Below, one piece after another: positions 38,633-52,171 of a stretch of DNA of 64,000 bases. The position numbers and the translations under genes were made by a program. Position 1 is the first letter of the stretch, and each line of letters starts with the position of its first letter. Origin of the DNA: Octopus sinensis (taxonomy: Eukaryota); NCBI RefSeq assembly GCF_006345805.1, contig NC_042997.1:197842001-197906000 (forward strand), read 5' to 3'. The notes below the pieces were generated by a model, which did not search any database, was not told the origin of the DNA, and saw only the letters and a list, made by a program, of their open reading frames with translations.

Positions 38633-39734
38633 GCTAAAAGAATTATGACTACCAGACAGTGTTAATGGACATCCGACAGAAATATTATTTGCTGATTACA
38701 GCATTGATAGTTATTTATTACAGGATTTTTGTTGATAGCCGAATTATTAGTTTCCAGAAATGAGCCGATGCAAAATATATATTGGTTGAATTTTATGTAA
38801 ATTACTTCTCATTTTATAGATATGGCGTCTATGATAGACTTCTGAATCTTACCGTAACAGAAGTTTCTACTGCGACAGTTCATAATTATGATTTCTAAGA
38901 TAATTTTCAATCTCCCGTTAAGTTCACTTTTCTCACAGTGATAAAAATATTTTGATGATTTAACGACTCATCAAACATCATGTGAATAATGTATGAATGC
39001 ACAGAAAGCTATTAAATAAACATAGCGATCTTCCTTATTTCAGATTTATCAAATAACATATTTGTATTTATCCATATAAAAATACTATTTGTGGCGTCAT
39101 ATTCTGGAAAGACTACTGCAGTATCAAGGGAAATATTTCTCCATTTCCCCTCCTTAATTGCAGTTCTGAAACTATCAGGCCTCAAGGTTGCACATTTGGC
39201 GTCTATTGTGTTTCATATTTATCATTGTTATTTACAATATTTTCATAAAGTGAAGCTTCCAGCCCACTGACCATACAGACTTTCGCTGTAATAGATTTTC
39301 CATTTCCTATCCTCTTTGCAAAGGGATATTATAGGTGACCTTTTCAATAACGACATTTGCATTTTATTCACAATTGAAAAAAAATAAAAGCGCCTTAGTT
39401 TATCAAGTAATGATAAATTTGTTTTGAAACTTATTTTGATACATAATATATTATCTAATGAATAAACAAAGCAAATCAGCTACATGCAGCGAGGAAGGAA
39501 GGACCATAATACTGTGCAAACAATAGAATTTCACCATGTATCATCTATGAATGTCAGATACGATTACTGGCTCTCGAAGTAATGGAGGAGAAATTTTATA
39601 TATAAAAAAGTAGGCTGTAATTGATTGAACCCGGTGGATAGCAACAGAAAGGATATTGCGCTATCCTAGTTACAAAATCTAAAGCAGTTTTATGTCTAAT
39701 GTGTTTTATAAAGAAATTTAGCAGTAACAATTGT

Positions 39735-40123
39735 GGAGTGGAGGCACTCCATCGGTTACGACGACGAGGGTTCCGGTTGATCCGAATCAACGGAACAACC
39801 TGCTCGTGAAATTAACGTGTAAGTGGCTGAGCACTCCACAGACACGTGTACCCTTAACGTAATTCTCGGGGATATTCAGCGTGACACAGAGAGTGACAAG
39901 GCCGGCCCTTTGAAATACAGGTACAACAGAAACAGGAAGTAAGAGTGAGAGAAAGTTGTGGTGAAAGAGTACAGCAGGGATCACCACCATCCCCTGCCGG
40001 AGCCTCGTGGAGCTTTTAGGTGTTTTCGCTCAATAAACACTCACAACGCCCGGTCTGGGAATCGAAACCGCGATCCTATGACCGCGAGTCCGCTGCCCTA
40101 ACCACTGGGCCATTGCGCCTCCA
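39735..40123 (-). mobile_element. SINE family B, full length, young
   Basis: TSD CAGTAACAATTGT at 39722-39734 and 40124-40136. Confidence 0.95.
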
Positions 40124-41005
40124 CAGTAACAATTGTATCTACTCTATAGCTATATATTGTTAACATGTTTTCTACTAACGTTAACAGACAATCATGCTTA
40201 CCTTCTCATATTTACACACTGATAATAATCTATAAATGTTTATTTCTTGCGGTAAAACTAATTATAAATATTGACAGTCTATAGAAACCAGATATGAATT
40301 CCCATAAGTACTCAACTTTTATCTCATGTGAGATTTTACCCGCTTTAGTATTTAGAAGACCTTAAGAGTACTATTATGTTTTTTATTTTTATTTATTTAA
40401 CCTGAGGCTTAATATATTGTCATCTAACATTTTACGCTGAAGAAGAGGATGAACGAAACTTACTGTGACTCTCTTGCAAAGCTGAGTGGAAACTAGAGTT
40501 CGAGAAAACAATTATAACAACATATATCTTAGGAAAGTTTATGTAAACACCGTAGAGTAGGCTTCAAAACAGGAACTTACATCAGAGGTGAAATAAAGAC
40601 CTCCCTTGACGCTGTGATATTCTGTTGAGAAAATGAAATCGTTTCAAGATAAATCCGCAAATATCGATATCTTTAAGAACATACAAAGAATGTTATGATT
40701 AACGATATTAAAACCAAAAGGAAAAATATCAAAGGTTTATGTAGTTAATGTTGTCAGGAGTCAATAATTGATAGAATCAGTTGAGACTCAGAACAAATCT
40801 CACGCAGTATTTGGTTCTGATCTTTCCCGTTCTGCGTTCGAATCTCGCCGAAGTCAACTTTACTTTTCCTTCTTGTAGGATCGCATAGAAATAAAGCACC
40901 TGTCAAGTATAGATATCGATCCAATCCAAAATACCAATCCCCCAATGTTTGACATGTTTCGGTACATAATATTGATGAACCAATAAAAAGTTTTATTCCT
41001 TGAAA

Positions 41006-41308
41006 TGTTTGTTCCTTCTCGAGCCACGCCTGGCTCATAAGGGCCGGTTTCCCGGTTTCCTTGGCGTATAGGTTCCCCACCTGGACGGGACGTCGGTCCG
41101 TCGTAGGTGAGCTGCAAGATGCAGGAGGAAAGAGTGAGAGAAAGTTGTGGCGAAAGAGTCAGCAGAAGTTCGCCATTACCTTCTAACGGAGTCACGTGGA
41201 GCTTAGGTGCTCCGCTCATAAACACACATATCGTCCGGTCTGAGATTCGAACCCGCGATCCCTGGACCGCGAGTCTGCTGTTCTAGCCACTAGGCCATGT
41301 GCCTCCAC
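41006..41308 (-). mobile_element. SINE family B-related (tail-2-like)
   Basis: TSD attccttgaaa (40995-41005) and attctttgaaa (41309-41319). Confidence 0.85.
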
Positions 41309-41811
41309 ATTCTTTGAAAAAAAACACAAGTAAATTATCACAAGTAACCAGTAATTCTTATTAAGTCTATAACATATAATATTTCCTTAAACGATTTACA
41401 GAAGCAGAACTCTTAAATGTAAAATTCTGAAACGAATATAATTAGATTGCAGTATTATTGTCGTCGCTCGTGTTTAGCTTCGGATCTGTCTAATGCTCAG
41501 CTGTATCCACCCTGTTTATGAATTCTGGTGATTGACTTCATTATTGTATTTGTTTATTATTATTATTATTGTAAAAAAACTGTGAATTGGCATAAAATCG
41601 TTAAAGCATCGGAATATTGATTTGTAGTATTTTGTTCCCGTCTCTAAATTCAGATTTAATATCCCTTCGATGTTAACTTTGATTTTTAATTTTTCGGAGT
41701 CGATAAGATAAAGTACCGGTCAAGTACTGAGGTCAATATAAACTACTGATCTCCTTCCCACCAAGTTAATGGCCTTAATTAAAAACAATTATTCTAATCG
41801 ATTATTTTCGT

Positions 41812-42378
41812 CACTGCTTCTCAACTATTTTTATCCATGGGCCCCTTTAGTTCCTATTTTACTCTACTGGACTCTAATTGCCGTTCAATGTATATAAAAA
41901 ATCCTATTTTATATAATTAATTATTATTGGGAATTATATAAAATAAATTAAAACATCTTGTGTATTGTTGAATTATAAGAGTTTATTGCACAAATTTTAA
42001 CAAAATTTTATATGGACTCCCAAAGGCCATCTGGACTCCCAAGGGCCATCTGGACTCCCAAGGGCCATCTGGACCCCCAAGAACCATTTGGACTCCCAAG
42101 GGCCATCTGGACTTCCAAGGGTCATCTGGACCCCCAAGGGTCATCTGGACCCCCAAGGACCATCTGGACTCCCAAGGGCCATCTGGATTCCCAAGGGTCA
42201 TCTGGAATCCCAAGGGCCATCAGGACTCCCAAGGGCCATCTAGACTTCCAAGATCCGTCTGGACTCCCAAGGGGCGTCTGGACACCCAATGACCATCTTG
42301 ACTTCCAAAGGGTCATCTGAACTCCCAAGGGTCATCTAGATCCCCAAGAACCATATGGATCCCAGTTGAGAACCATTG
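41812..42378. mobile_element. hAT-type MITE with an internal 19-bp minisatellite
   Basis: TIR CACTGCTTCTCAAC / GTTGAGAACCATTG; degenerate TSD attttcgt / atttacat; related to 13247-14369. Confidence 0.7.
42013..42362. repeat. 19-bp minisatellite (TGGACTCCCAAGGGCCATC), about 18 copies
   Basis: Direct reading. Confidence 0.95.
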
Positions 42379-44434
42379 ATTTACATATATACACAAGCAG
42401 AAATCTGATTTGAAACAGCAGGTACAAGTATGGCCGAATGATTAAGAAGTTCGCAACTACGAGGTTCTTGGTAACTGCTAGTTTCTTTAGCATTGGTTCA
42501 ATTCAAATCTTGTGAATGAAACTGAGTTGCTGGACACCGCAGACGTCCCTCGAGTAGATGGCACCTGTTATTAAAAAACAAAAGATACAACCTTGTCATA
42601 GCCATGTGTCGCGCTGAACCTACCCGAGAATTACATTAACGGTACACATGTCTGTGGAATACTCAGCCACCTCATCGATAATTCAAGAGCAAATAATTCA
42701 GTTGTTCGAAGAACTGAATTCTTATGACAGAGATCCACCACCACCATCAACATCACCAGCACCACAATCATCATTATTTTACGATATTGAAGCTGCAGTT
42801 ACTCATTCACCCAATTAATTCATTACAGATAGATCATTAATGATTTCATAATTGAAAGCACGTATCGTAATGAGAGTGAGCTTAGCGTTTATTTTTAAAA
42901 ATATGTTATCTATATAGTTAAACATATTTTTATCAACAATGTATTCTGATAAAAAAAGATGTATTAAAGAGTTCTGATAAAGTAAAATCACGGAATTGCT
43001 TAACAAGATAAAGATCAAAATAAATAATTTTAAAATGAACGAATTCGATCCGGATGAGTCGAATATTGTATAATTCTTTAGAATCTCTTTATAAGACAAT
43101 AAGTCGATATTGATAATGCAGAATAATTTATGAGATCGTTTGTTTTATTTCCAAACGAATAGAATCTATAACGTTATCAATTTTCTTGATTAAAAGGAAA
43201 GAAATTAGAAAATTTTAAGGTTATCAGATTCGGTATGAAATCCTTGATTGATATCTCTCCCCAATATATTGTTAATCAAATTAGAAACGAAATATTTCTT
43301 TGATCAGTCACTTTCGATTCAACAGCACGTGCAACTTGACTAAAACGGCTCAAATATTTGTGCTGTATAACGAAATTGAATCTACCTTCATTGATCACTT
43401 CAAAGCTTTTAGTTTGGCGTGAGATATGGCGTAGTCATAATTAAGCCATGGACTTTATATGATTAATACGCAAACTGTTTTGCACTTTTGTGATAAAGCA
43501 ACGAGACTTTTTTTGTGTTTGTTTCAATATTCTTCGAAAATTTCAATTCTTTATATTATATTCTTATATTATTATTTTAGATGTTTTTATTTTACCTTTC
43601 GTAACTTTTAGCAGATTGCTCACTGAGCTAAACAAAAATGTATAAATAATTTAATAAAAAGAATAAGAAAAACAAATGACTGGAGATGAAAAAAAAAAAA
43701 CAATAAATACCCACAAAAAACAAAGTGTAATTAGGATTGTATCTTATGATTAATGACCGTTTTTTCCCAAACAAACGAATATTTTCTTCGTTTTAATTAA
43801 AGGAAATATTTTTATGACACCAAAATACAGATTGCGTGGGTCTATATACATGTAACGTAAATTATATTTATTGTATTGATGTTTCGAGTAATGAATTCGT
43901 ATCATTACTCGAAACAATCCATACAGTTTACCGGTTTAGTAGGAAATATTTTTAGAGTCGACAGAGCATCAGATAAGATTCTTCGTGCTATTTGTTCTGA
44001 TTCTCCGTTGTCCGATTTCAAATGCTGCCCAAGTCAACATTTGCTATATATCAATCCATTAAGGTTCGACAAAAAAGAAAAATGGTACCAATGCAGGGAT
44101 ATTGATTTACAGATCTGTCAGTGTTCGACGTGAACTGTGCGGTACAGGTTCGGTTCCTGCTCTTGCATCTCGGCGGTAACGGCTGCAATGGTGCTGGTAC
44201 CAAGCTATATCCATCTTAACTTCCCTAAGACAACACGTGAAGAAGGGAAACTTGGATCATTGGCAGGTGATTCTCTTATGCAAACAATGCTTGACTTAGC
44301 CTGCGCCTTGGAAATAAGCTTTCTGACTCAAACCCACAGTTAGCCCTGATCAATGCGGGCTCACTATAGCAACTATATTTAACCATATTGACACTACTAA
44401 GGATAACATCATTGAAAGTACTGGAGATAATGTT

Positions 44435-44647
44435 GTTTCAAATATTGGCACAAGGCCAGCAATTTTAGGGGAGGTGAAGTCTATTACATCGACACTAGTA
44501 TTCAACTGGCGCTTATTTTATCAACTCCGAAGGGATAAAAGGCAAAGTCGAGCCTCAGCAGTGTTTAAATTCTGAACGTAATGATGGACGAAGTAGCATT
44601 AAGCATTTTTTCCGACGCGGTAACGACTCTGCCAGCTCGCCACCTTA
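44435..44647 (-). mobile_element. SINE family C, diverged
   Basis: Meta-like core. Confidence 0.7.
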
Positions 44648-44889
44648 ATACTGATGATAATATTAAACACCACAAGTACGTTACCCTGATAAAAAAACTT
44701 GGTGAAGAGTCAATGTTGTGAGGGATAGAAGATCGCTATCACTAATGAAAGGCACTTTCAAAACAGAGAACTGCTGAAAAACAGCGATTCTCAAACTTGT
44801 GTTTCACCCTGCTCCCTAGCGTCGGTTTAAAAAGAATGTACGTTTTCTTATGGGCGGGAAGCGTAAGTATGCAGTATATAGACATCCAT

Positions 44890-45105
44890 AGTCTGATAAT
44901 ATTTCGGAATAAAATTCCTTAGCAGCGACTCCAACTAAGAATATCTGAAGAAGGAATTTTATTCTGAAATATTATCAGGTATATCAACAACAGTGAAAGA
45001 TATTTCAATTAACCTGAAGATTGACTGTAACCATAACTCGAATTATTAATTGAATTTAAATTATTGTTATTCGAATTGTACAGCCATGAAACGATCGTAG
45101 TGTTT
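44890..45105 (+). ncRNA. Cluster of hammerhead-like motifs (44945-44977 and 45014-45099 on +, inverted remnant 44892-44920); Penelope pLTR-like
   Basis: CTGAAGA-a-ggaat/attct-GAAA-TATTATC; CTGAAGA-t-tgactgta...tacagcca-t-GAAA-CGATCG-TA. Confidence 0.55.
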
Positions 45106-45370
45106 TACTCTTTATCTTTTATTAAACTTTTAATACTTTTGATATATATTTAAAATAATATAAATTAAATTAATTTTATGTATTGGCTTATGTTTTTCAT
45201 TGTTTGATTTGCCTAATAGTGGTTTAATATAATATACTATATATATATATATATATATCCCATTGTTTGTATTATAGTGCATTGTTGTATCATTCAAAAC
45301 TTTTTACTCTTTACAAACAATACACAATGCTTCAAGCGAACTACAATACTCTCCTATATATATATAATAT

Positions 45371-45424
<54 letters not shown>

Positions 45425-45614
45425 CATATATATATAATTTGGTTTTCATAATTCAGATATATGACATGAGATATTTGAATTTGCTTGTCTGAATGTTTAA
45501 GACAAATGTCTGAACTGTTTATGGTATACCAAATTTTATTAATCTTTAGGCCATGTACGAGCGAAAGAACATTGGTACTATATACTGGAGCTTTATCTAC
45601 ATTAAAATTCTCGT

Positions 45615-45653
<39 letters not shown>

Positions 45654-45872
45654 ATGATATATATATTTATATATTTCTAACGTAACCACAAAAATATGGA
45701 TTTGGCATTTATCTTTATTTTGTACAACGGTCGTTTCGACCCATCCTGCTATTGTTCCTTACGGGTGGGACTCCGTTCAACATGTGTTGCATCCATTTTG
45801 CGGTCTGAGTTTTTATGAAGTGCATCCATACATAAAGTTGTGTCTCGCATGTTGTTATATGCCCATCTAGTT

Positions 45873-46178
45873 ACTCTTTTACTCTTTTATTTGTTTCAGT
45901 CATTTGACTGCGGCCATGCTGGAGTACTGCCTTTAGTCGAATAAATCGACTCCAGAACTTATTCTTTGTAAGCCTAGTACTCATTCTGTCTGTCACGTTT
46001 GCCGAACCGCTAGGTTACGGGGACGGAAACACACCATCATCAGTTGTCAAGCGATGATGGGGCGGCAAACACAGACATATACACACACACACACATATAT
46101 ACGACGGGCTTCTTTCAGTTTCCATCTACCAAATCCACTTACAAGGCTTTGGTCGGCCCGAAACTATAGTAGAAGACA
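45873..46178 (-). mobile_element. SINE family A, 5'-truncated
   Basis: Family A reverse complement. Confidence 0.85.
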
Positions 46179-46748
46179 TTAAGGAATGAAAATTTGTTAC
46201 AATTTTTAATTACTAATTACCTTTCCATAAAAAGAATTGCAAACATTTGTAAATATATGTATATAATGGACTCTTCCGTCGTTAAACGATGTATGAGAGT
46301 TCGACAATTTCATATCAAACAACCACACGAATAATTTGTCTATAGTGATCAAATGTTTGTGTAGACAAAAGCTCACTCCCTCCATCAGGTTGACATTACC
46401 TGTACAGGTGCCACATGTCAGATGACAAAATGGTCGCAGACCAACGTGTAATGAAGTGCTTTGCTCTACAACACAACGCGACGCTCGGTTTGGGAATGGA
46501 ACCCACAATCTCGCAATCGTGAGTCCAACACCTTAACCACTAAACCATATGTTTGTATGTATGTAATTAAAACTGATGCTTTCTTTAGGCGAAATTCCCA
46601 TTGCAAGACAAACTCTCAGCCTTAGTGTTAACAAGAAGCCATATCCTCTACAGCATGTATTGAGCACTCTTTACCCATTCCTTCGACAATAAACTATGTA
46701 TGTATGTATCTGTCTGTCTGCCTATCTGTCTGTCTGTCTATCTATCTA

Positions 46749-46780
<32 letters not shown>

Positions 46781-48191
46781 TCTGTCTATCTGTCTGTCTA
46801 CCTATCTGTGTGTCTGTGTGTCTGTCTGTCTGTGTCTATCTGTCTATCTATCTATCTGTCTGTCTGTCTATCTATCTGTTTGTCTACCTATCTATCTATC
46901 TATACGCGCGTACGTGTGTTTGTGTGTGTGTGTGTCAAAGAGTTTTCATTAAAACATTATTAAAAGTTTCATACTGTGTTTACTTACTCACCACCATAAA
47001 GTACGCTCTACCTTGCTGTTCGAAACACTACAATAAAAATAAATAAATATGCCTCGCTGTTTCCACACTAAATTTCTGACATCCTCCTCATTGATTAATG
47101 AAACAGCTTCGAGAGTAAAAAACAAAGAATGTTTACTAAACTAGTGAAGCAGAGATCTTAATCACATGTAAAAATATCTCAAAATGGAAGTGTATGAAAG
47201 CAGAAGGTAGATACATTGATAATTGTTAGTTAGCCTGAAGACGTCAAATATGCAGCTAGTTTTGTTTATCCACCTCTTTCTCCCTCTTTCTATCTGTCTA
47301 TTCATGTCCATATACACACAAATATACAATGTTGGAAATATGTATATACACATATACATACAAAGATACAGGCATATATACAAATATATATAGATACATA
47401 TTCATAGAGAAATACATACACACATATATATGTGTGTATTTATATATAAATGCATGTGTGTATATTTTATTTTACATTTTCTACTGGTTTCAACTAAGAG
47501 ATGTGACCATGTGGTACTGCCATTAATTTGACTACTAGCTTGTTTCAAACTCACATCCCGGTTCTATCTCTGGATTTAGTTCTGGTCAAGCAGTGATTTG
47601 AAAAAAGCTGCCCTTCTTTGTGTTTCTTGCCGCAGTGTGGCTCCATCTTGTATCTCAGATATAAATTTGCCTAATTGTTCTTTCAACTCATTCAGTTCAA
47701 CACCTCGTATATATCTAAGTTTTTTTTTGGTGGGGTCCAGGCATTTTAAGACTGCGAGCCCATGAACCGAAAAGGGTTTTATATATATATATATATATAA
47801 TTATATATACAAATTGAGATAGGGGTTGTAAATGCAACCCTCCATGGGATAACATATATCCAATATACTGCTAGTGAAGTACCCAACAAAGTTAATACAT
47901 AAATGTTAAGAATTGCGATGCAATTAATTCATTTACTGTATTATATGGGTAAAGGTAAAATGTTTTACCACACATTCATAATACAAAATAAGAAAATGGA
48001 GAAATACATCCAAATCAAATATCAACTACCAGGTAATACCCAATCACATACTTTATTAAACCACCACATAAGAAACTTTAAGGTCAAACATAATAATATA
48101 GAACAAAACAGTGTACATAAAGGAGTGTACGTAAAGGAGTAATATGATACAATAAGTACAATATGTATAAGAGAATATAAATATAAACTAC

Positions 48192-48318
48192 ATCTTACAG
48201 CCGTTTCGGCCATGCAGATAAGTATGTCTCATTTTACTTATATTAGCCATTTGTGGTAGGTCAATATGTAGTTATAAATGAGACACTTACAAAAATATCC
48301 TAAGGCCTCTTCGGAGAT
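48192..48318 (-). ncRNA. Hammerhead-like motif with extended helix II (U4C core variant)
   Basis: atct-CCGAAGA-ggcc...(gtctcattt/aaatgagac)...ggcc-GAAA-C-ggct-GTA-agat. Confidence 0.5.
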
Positions 48319-49165
48319 TATGCAATACAAACCAAATTGCATATACACTTATATAAGTGTGGGTACATACCCATAATAAATCATATACATATACATATGA
48401 GTGCATATACTCATACTCCTATACATATACATATACATAATACATATACATAATAATATAAATAATATAAATCAGTAAACATACATATGCTCCATATTCA
48501 ATGTTACAGTTTTTCAACTTAATATTGTGATATTACAATGTAGAAAACATACACATATTAATACCTAAATGCAGATATACAGAGTCAAGAGTACATTATA
48601 TGAATTCATATTAATTTGCAAAATGTCATTAATGTTAACATCATTACCATTATCATTACCACTAATACTACCAATATCATTATTCTTATTATTAATAACA
48701 CTAATACTAGTAAAACAATATATAGATCCCATTATTAGCAATATAGTAGCAAAACTAAGGACCACAATAGTAGTACAGTACCATGCAAAGCATTAAATAT
48801 CTGCATATACATACAAAATATGAAATAAAAGCATTCTATTTACATGATATTAAGATCCACAGGTCCTTTCCTACTGGGCGCGATTTATTAGTCTCTGTTG
48901 CAGTTGTCCATGACAAGGCTTACAGTCTTTACAGTGTTCACAGAGAAGTGAGCAACAGACATGATGTTGGTATTTTGATGCTCGGGGCGAATTAGCATGA
49001 CACTGGTAACTCTTTCCAAATATTCAGCCCTCCATATCATCTAAATTGTTCTCAACTACAACTTTAATCTTCATGCTCTCCAAGGCCATTGAATGTTCAC
49101 CAATACATCAAGCTACTCCTAAAAATAGAAATTTAAAAAATCGTCAAATTTAGCCCGAATTTCCT

Positions 49166-49252
49166 GAGCAAGTTTCAGCTGCGTGGAAGTGAACACGTAG
49201 CTTGCATGCCCGACACTAGAGTCCCCAAGAAGATCTTCTTTAGTGAGCTAGC
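49166..49252 (+). mobile_element. RTE-clade LINE fragment
   Basis: QLRGSEHVACMPDTRVPKKIFFSEL fits QLRWAGHVxRMPDxRLPKxxFYGEL. Confidence 0.6.
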
Positions 49253-49344
49253 AGTCCTGGGGTCGGTTCATTCGACTAAAATCCTTCCAGGTGGTGCTCC
49301 AGCATGGACGCAGTCAAATGGCTGAAACAAATAAAAGAAACGGA

Positions 49345-49830
49345 TATCTGTCTATATCTCTATCTATCTATCTATATCTATATATCTAACTATATCTCTA
49401 TCTATCTATCTATATCTATATATCTAACTATATCTCTATCTATCTATCTATATATCTAACTATATCTCTATCTATCTATCTATATCTAACTATATCTCTA
49501 TCTATCTATCTCTATCTATCTATCTATATCTATATATCTAACTATATCTCTATCTATCTATCTATATCTATATATCTAACTATATCTCTATCTATCTATC
49601 TATATCTATATATCTAACTATATCTCTATCTATCTATCTATATCTATATATCTAACTATATCTCTATCTATCTATCTATATCTATATATCTAACTATATC
49701 TCTATCTATCTATCTATATCTATATATCTAACTATATCTCTATCTATCTATCTATATCTATATATCTAACTATATCTCTATCTATCTATCTACTATCTAT
49801 CTATCTATATCTATCTATCTGTCTATCTAT
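49345..49830. repeat. Higher-order repeat of about 38 bp built from TATC microsatellite, with a TAAC marker
   Basis: TAAC at 49387, 49425 and onward, usually 38 bp apart. Confidence 0.9.
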
Positions 49831-49936
49831 ATATATATGATATATATATATATATATAATATACATATTATAAAAACCAAGAGAGAAGATGGAGATAAGA
49901 TTAATAAAAGTTTATAAATACATTGACAAAGCCAAA

Positions 49937-50037
49937 CCTACAATTGTTTCAATTCATCACTTTCAGCATAAAACCAAACAAATTAAATTTAACTAAATCA
50001 ATTTACCTAATTACTACGAGTGAGAATATCTTCCGGG
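49937..50037 (-). ncRNA. Degenerate hammerhead-like motif (U4G), long helix II
   Basis: cc-CGGAAGA-t-attctcact...agtgatgaat-t-GAAA-CAATTG-TA-gg. Confidence 0.4.
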
Positions 50038-50447
50038 AAGGACTCACAAAGATATTTGTCATATTTAAAACATAATGAAAACATTAAAAGGAAGAAAACA
50101 ATTTACAATTAAAGTTAAGACTATATATATTAATATAAATGGATACAGTTATACAAAAGAAGTTATAGTCATAAATAAATATAAATAACAACAATAATAA
50201 TGCAGACATAACCATGCAAGAATTTGAATATTGTTTATAGGTAAAAAAAAAACAAAAACAATAGATCGGTTATTAAATTATTCGAGAAAAGAAATGAAAT
50301 GATTAGATATTCCATATATAGACATATATATACACATGCACATATCCATGCAACACACTCACACATACATATATATATAAATACACACATATACATATAT
50401 GTATGTATGTATACATATATACATACATATACACATATATTATATAT

Positions 50448-50490
<43 letters not shown>

Positions 50491-50566
50491 CCTACACACA
50501 CATATAATATATACCTACACACACATACACAGATACAAGGCTAAGCATGGTTAAATTACTCTTGAC

Positions 50567-50607
<41 letters not shown>

Positions 50608-50624
50608 GATCAAAAGTAATTTAA

Positions 50625-51708
50625 CCATGCTCGTCTCCATGACCGAACTGCAGTCGTGGATCAAAAAGAGGCCGAGGAAAGGCGGATGGCACCGCGAGTG
50701 TCGCGTTGCTCTCGAGCAACTATGCCGACCCGGGTTGACCTTGATCCACTGCAATACAACCAAATCATTCAATAGGGGGTTAGTGGAGGGGAGGTACGAC
50801 GACGATCTCGGAGCGAACCTGGGCGTCGACGGAGAATACCTGACCCGCCTGCTCAAGACAACTTTCGGGCCGGGACCTATGGACAACTTCCAGAGATCCC
50901 TGGCGTGCAGTGCTATCGAGAAGCGCTACCCGTTCGGAATAAGCTCTACAGGCATGGCTCGAGAAACACGGGGCCGACCTGTCCGAGATGCAGTCAGAGC
51001 GACGAAACCGTTCGGCACGTACTCGTACAGTGTCCCATCATTTCCGACCTATGGGTCTATATCGAACGACTGCTATCGCATGTGGGACGAGTGAGTTGAT
51101 CAACCGAGTCTATCGTGAATATTGTCGCGTCTCCTTCCTTGAAACGGGAAGGAAGAGCCATTTTCATCGTACTTGTGGCTATGGCGAAAGAATGTGTAGG
51201 GTGGACGCGTCTGAAAGGTGTAGAGACAAACACTTTCCTCTCTGGTGAATCTCTCATCAACATCTTCAAGAATCACTTGAAGAGGAAGTTGAGAGCGATA
51301 TTTTGTCAAGTGAATGTTTAAAAAAAAGTTGGGTGAATGTAGCAAGGATGGCACGTGTGAATGATGTTGCCAGCTTGAGTATAATCCTATGAACCAAAAA
51401 AGAAAAGAAAGGGAAAAAGAGAGCCACTTAATGTCATGTGTTTTTTTGCATGACACTATTGCCCAAGGTTCCCGTGGTCTTTTCCGTAGGCTTTTCTTTC
51501 TACAGATAAACCTAATCTGTTTTCCCTATTTACATTGACATTTCTGTGATACACGATCCCTATTGATCGGCACCCTTTTTCTTTTCACGATCCCTTTTCA
51601 TCGGAATTAGACTCACTTATTTTTTCTTTTTCTCTTCTTCCCCAAAAGGAAAGTTCTACTTTGTATTTTGTCCCCTCTGTGTTCAGCCCTGTGTGGCCAA
51701 TAAAGAAA
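50625..51708 (+). mobile_element. Tx1/L1-clade LINE 3' end (ORF2 C-terminal Zn knuckle plus 3'UTR), frameshifted
   Basis: REALPVRNKL...CPRCSQSDETVRHVLVQC..LW (CX2C-X7-H-X4-C); ends caataaagaaa. Confidence 0.85.
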
Positions 51709-51872
51709 CGTAAATATATAATTTATGTACATGTGCAATAATATATGTGTGTTTGTGTATATATATGTATGTGTGTATTTATAATATATATACATACGTG
51801 TGGGTATATAATATATACGTGTGGGTATTATATATATAGTGTGTGGGTATATATATATATATGGTGTGTGGG

Positions 51873-51910
<38 letters not shown>

Positions 51911-51938
51911 GGTGGTATATATAATATTCTGTGTGGTG

Positions 51939-51978
<40 letters not shown>

Positions 51979-52112
51979 GGGGTATATTATATATATTATA
52001 TATATATATATATGTGTGGTATATATATATATATATGTGTGTGGGTATATATATTATCTATATATATATATATATATGTGTGGGTATATATATATATATA
52101 TATGTGTGTGGG

Positions 52113-52171
<59 letters not shown>

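Noticed and set aside
38990-39300. Possible MULE transposase remnant (ESLYGQWAGSF) between the inverted arms
   Set aside because: A single short motif with many stops and no DDE residues seen.
40040-40123. tRNA-like sequence (also heads of the other SINEs)
   Set aside because: It is a SINE head continuous with body, tail and TSD, not a tRNA gene.
42013-42362. CRISPR-like periodic array
   Set aside because: Head-to-tail 19-mers with no unique spacers, in a eukaryotic MITE.
44100-44343. GC-richer island with short ORFs
   Set aside because: No recognisable homology and no convincing splice-site pair.
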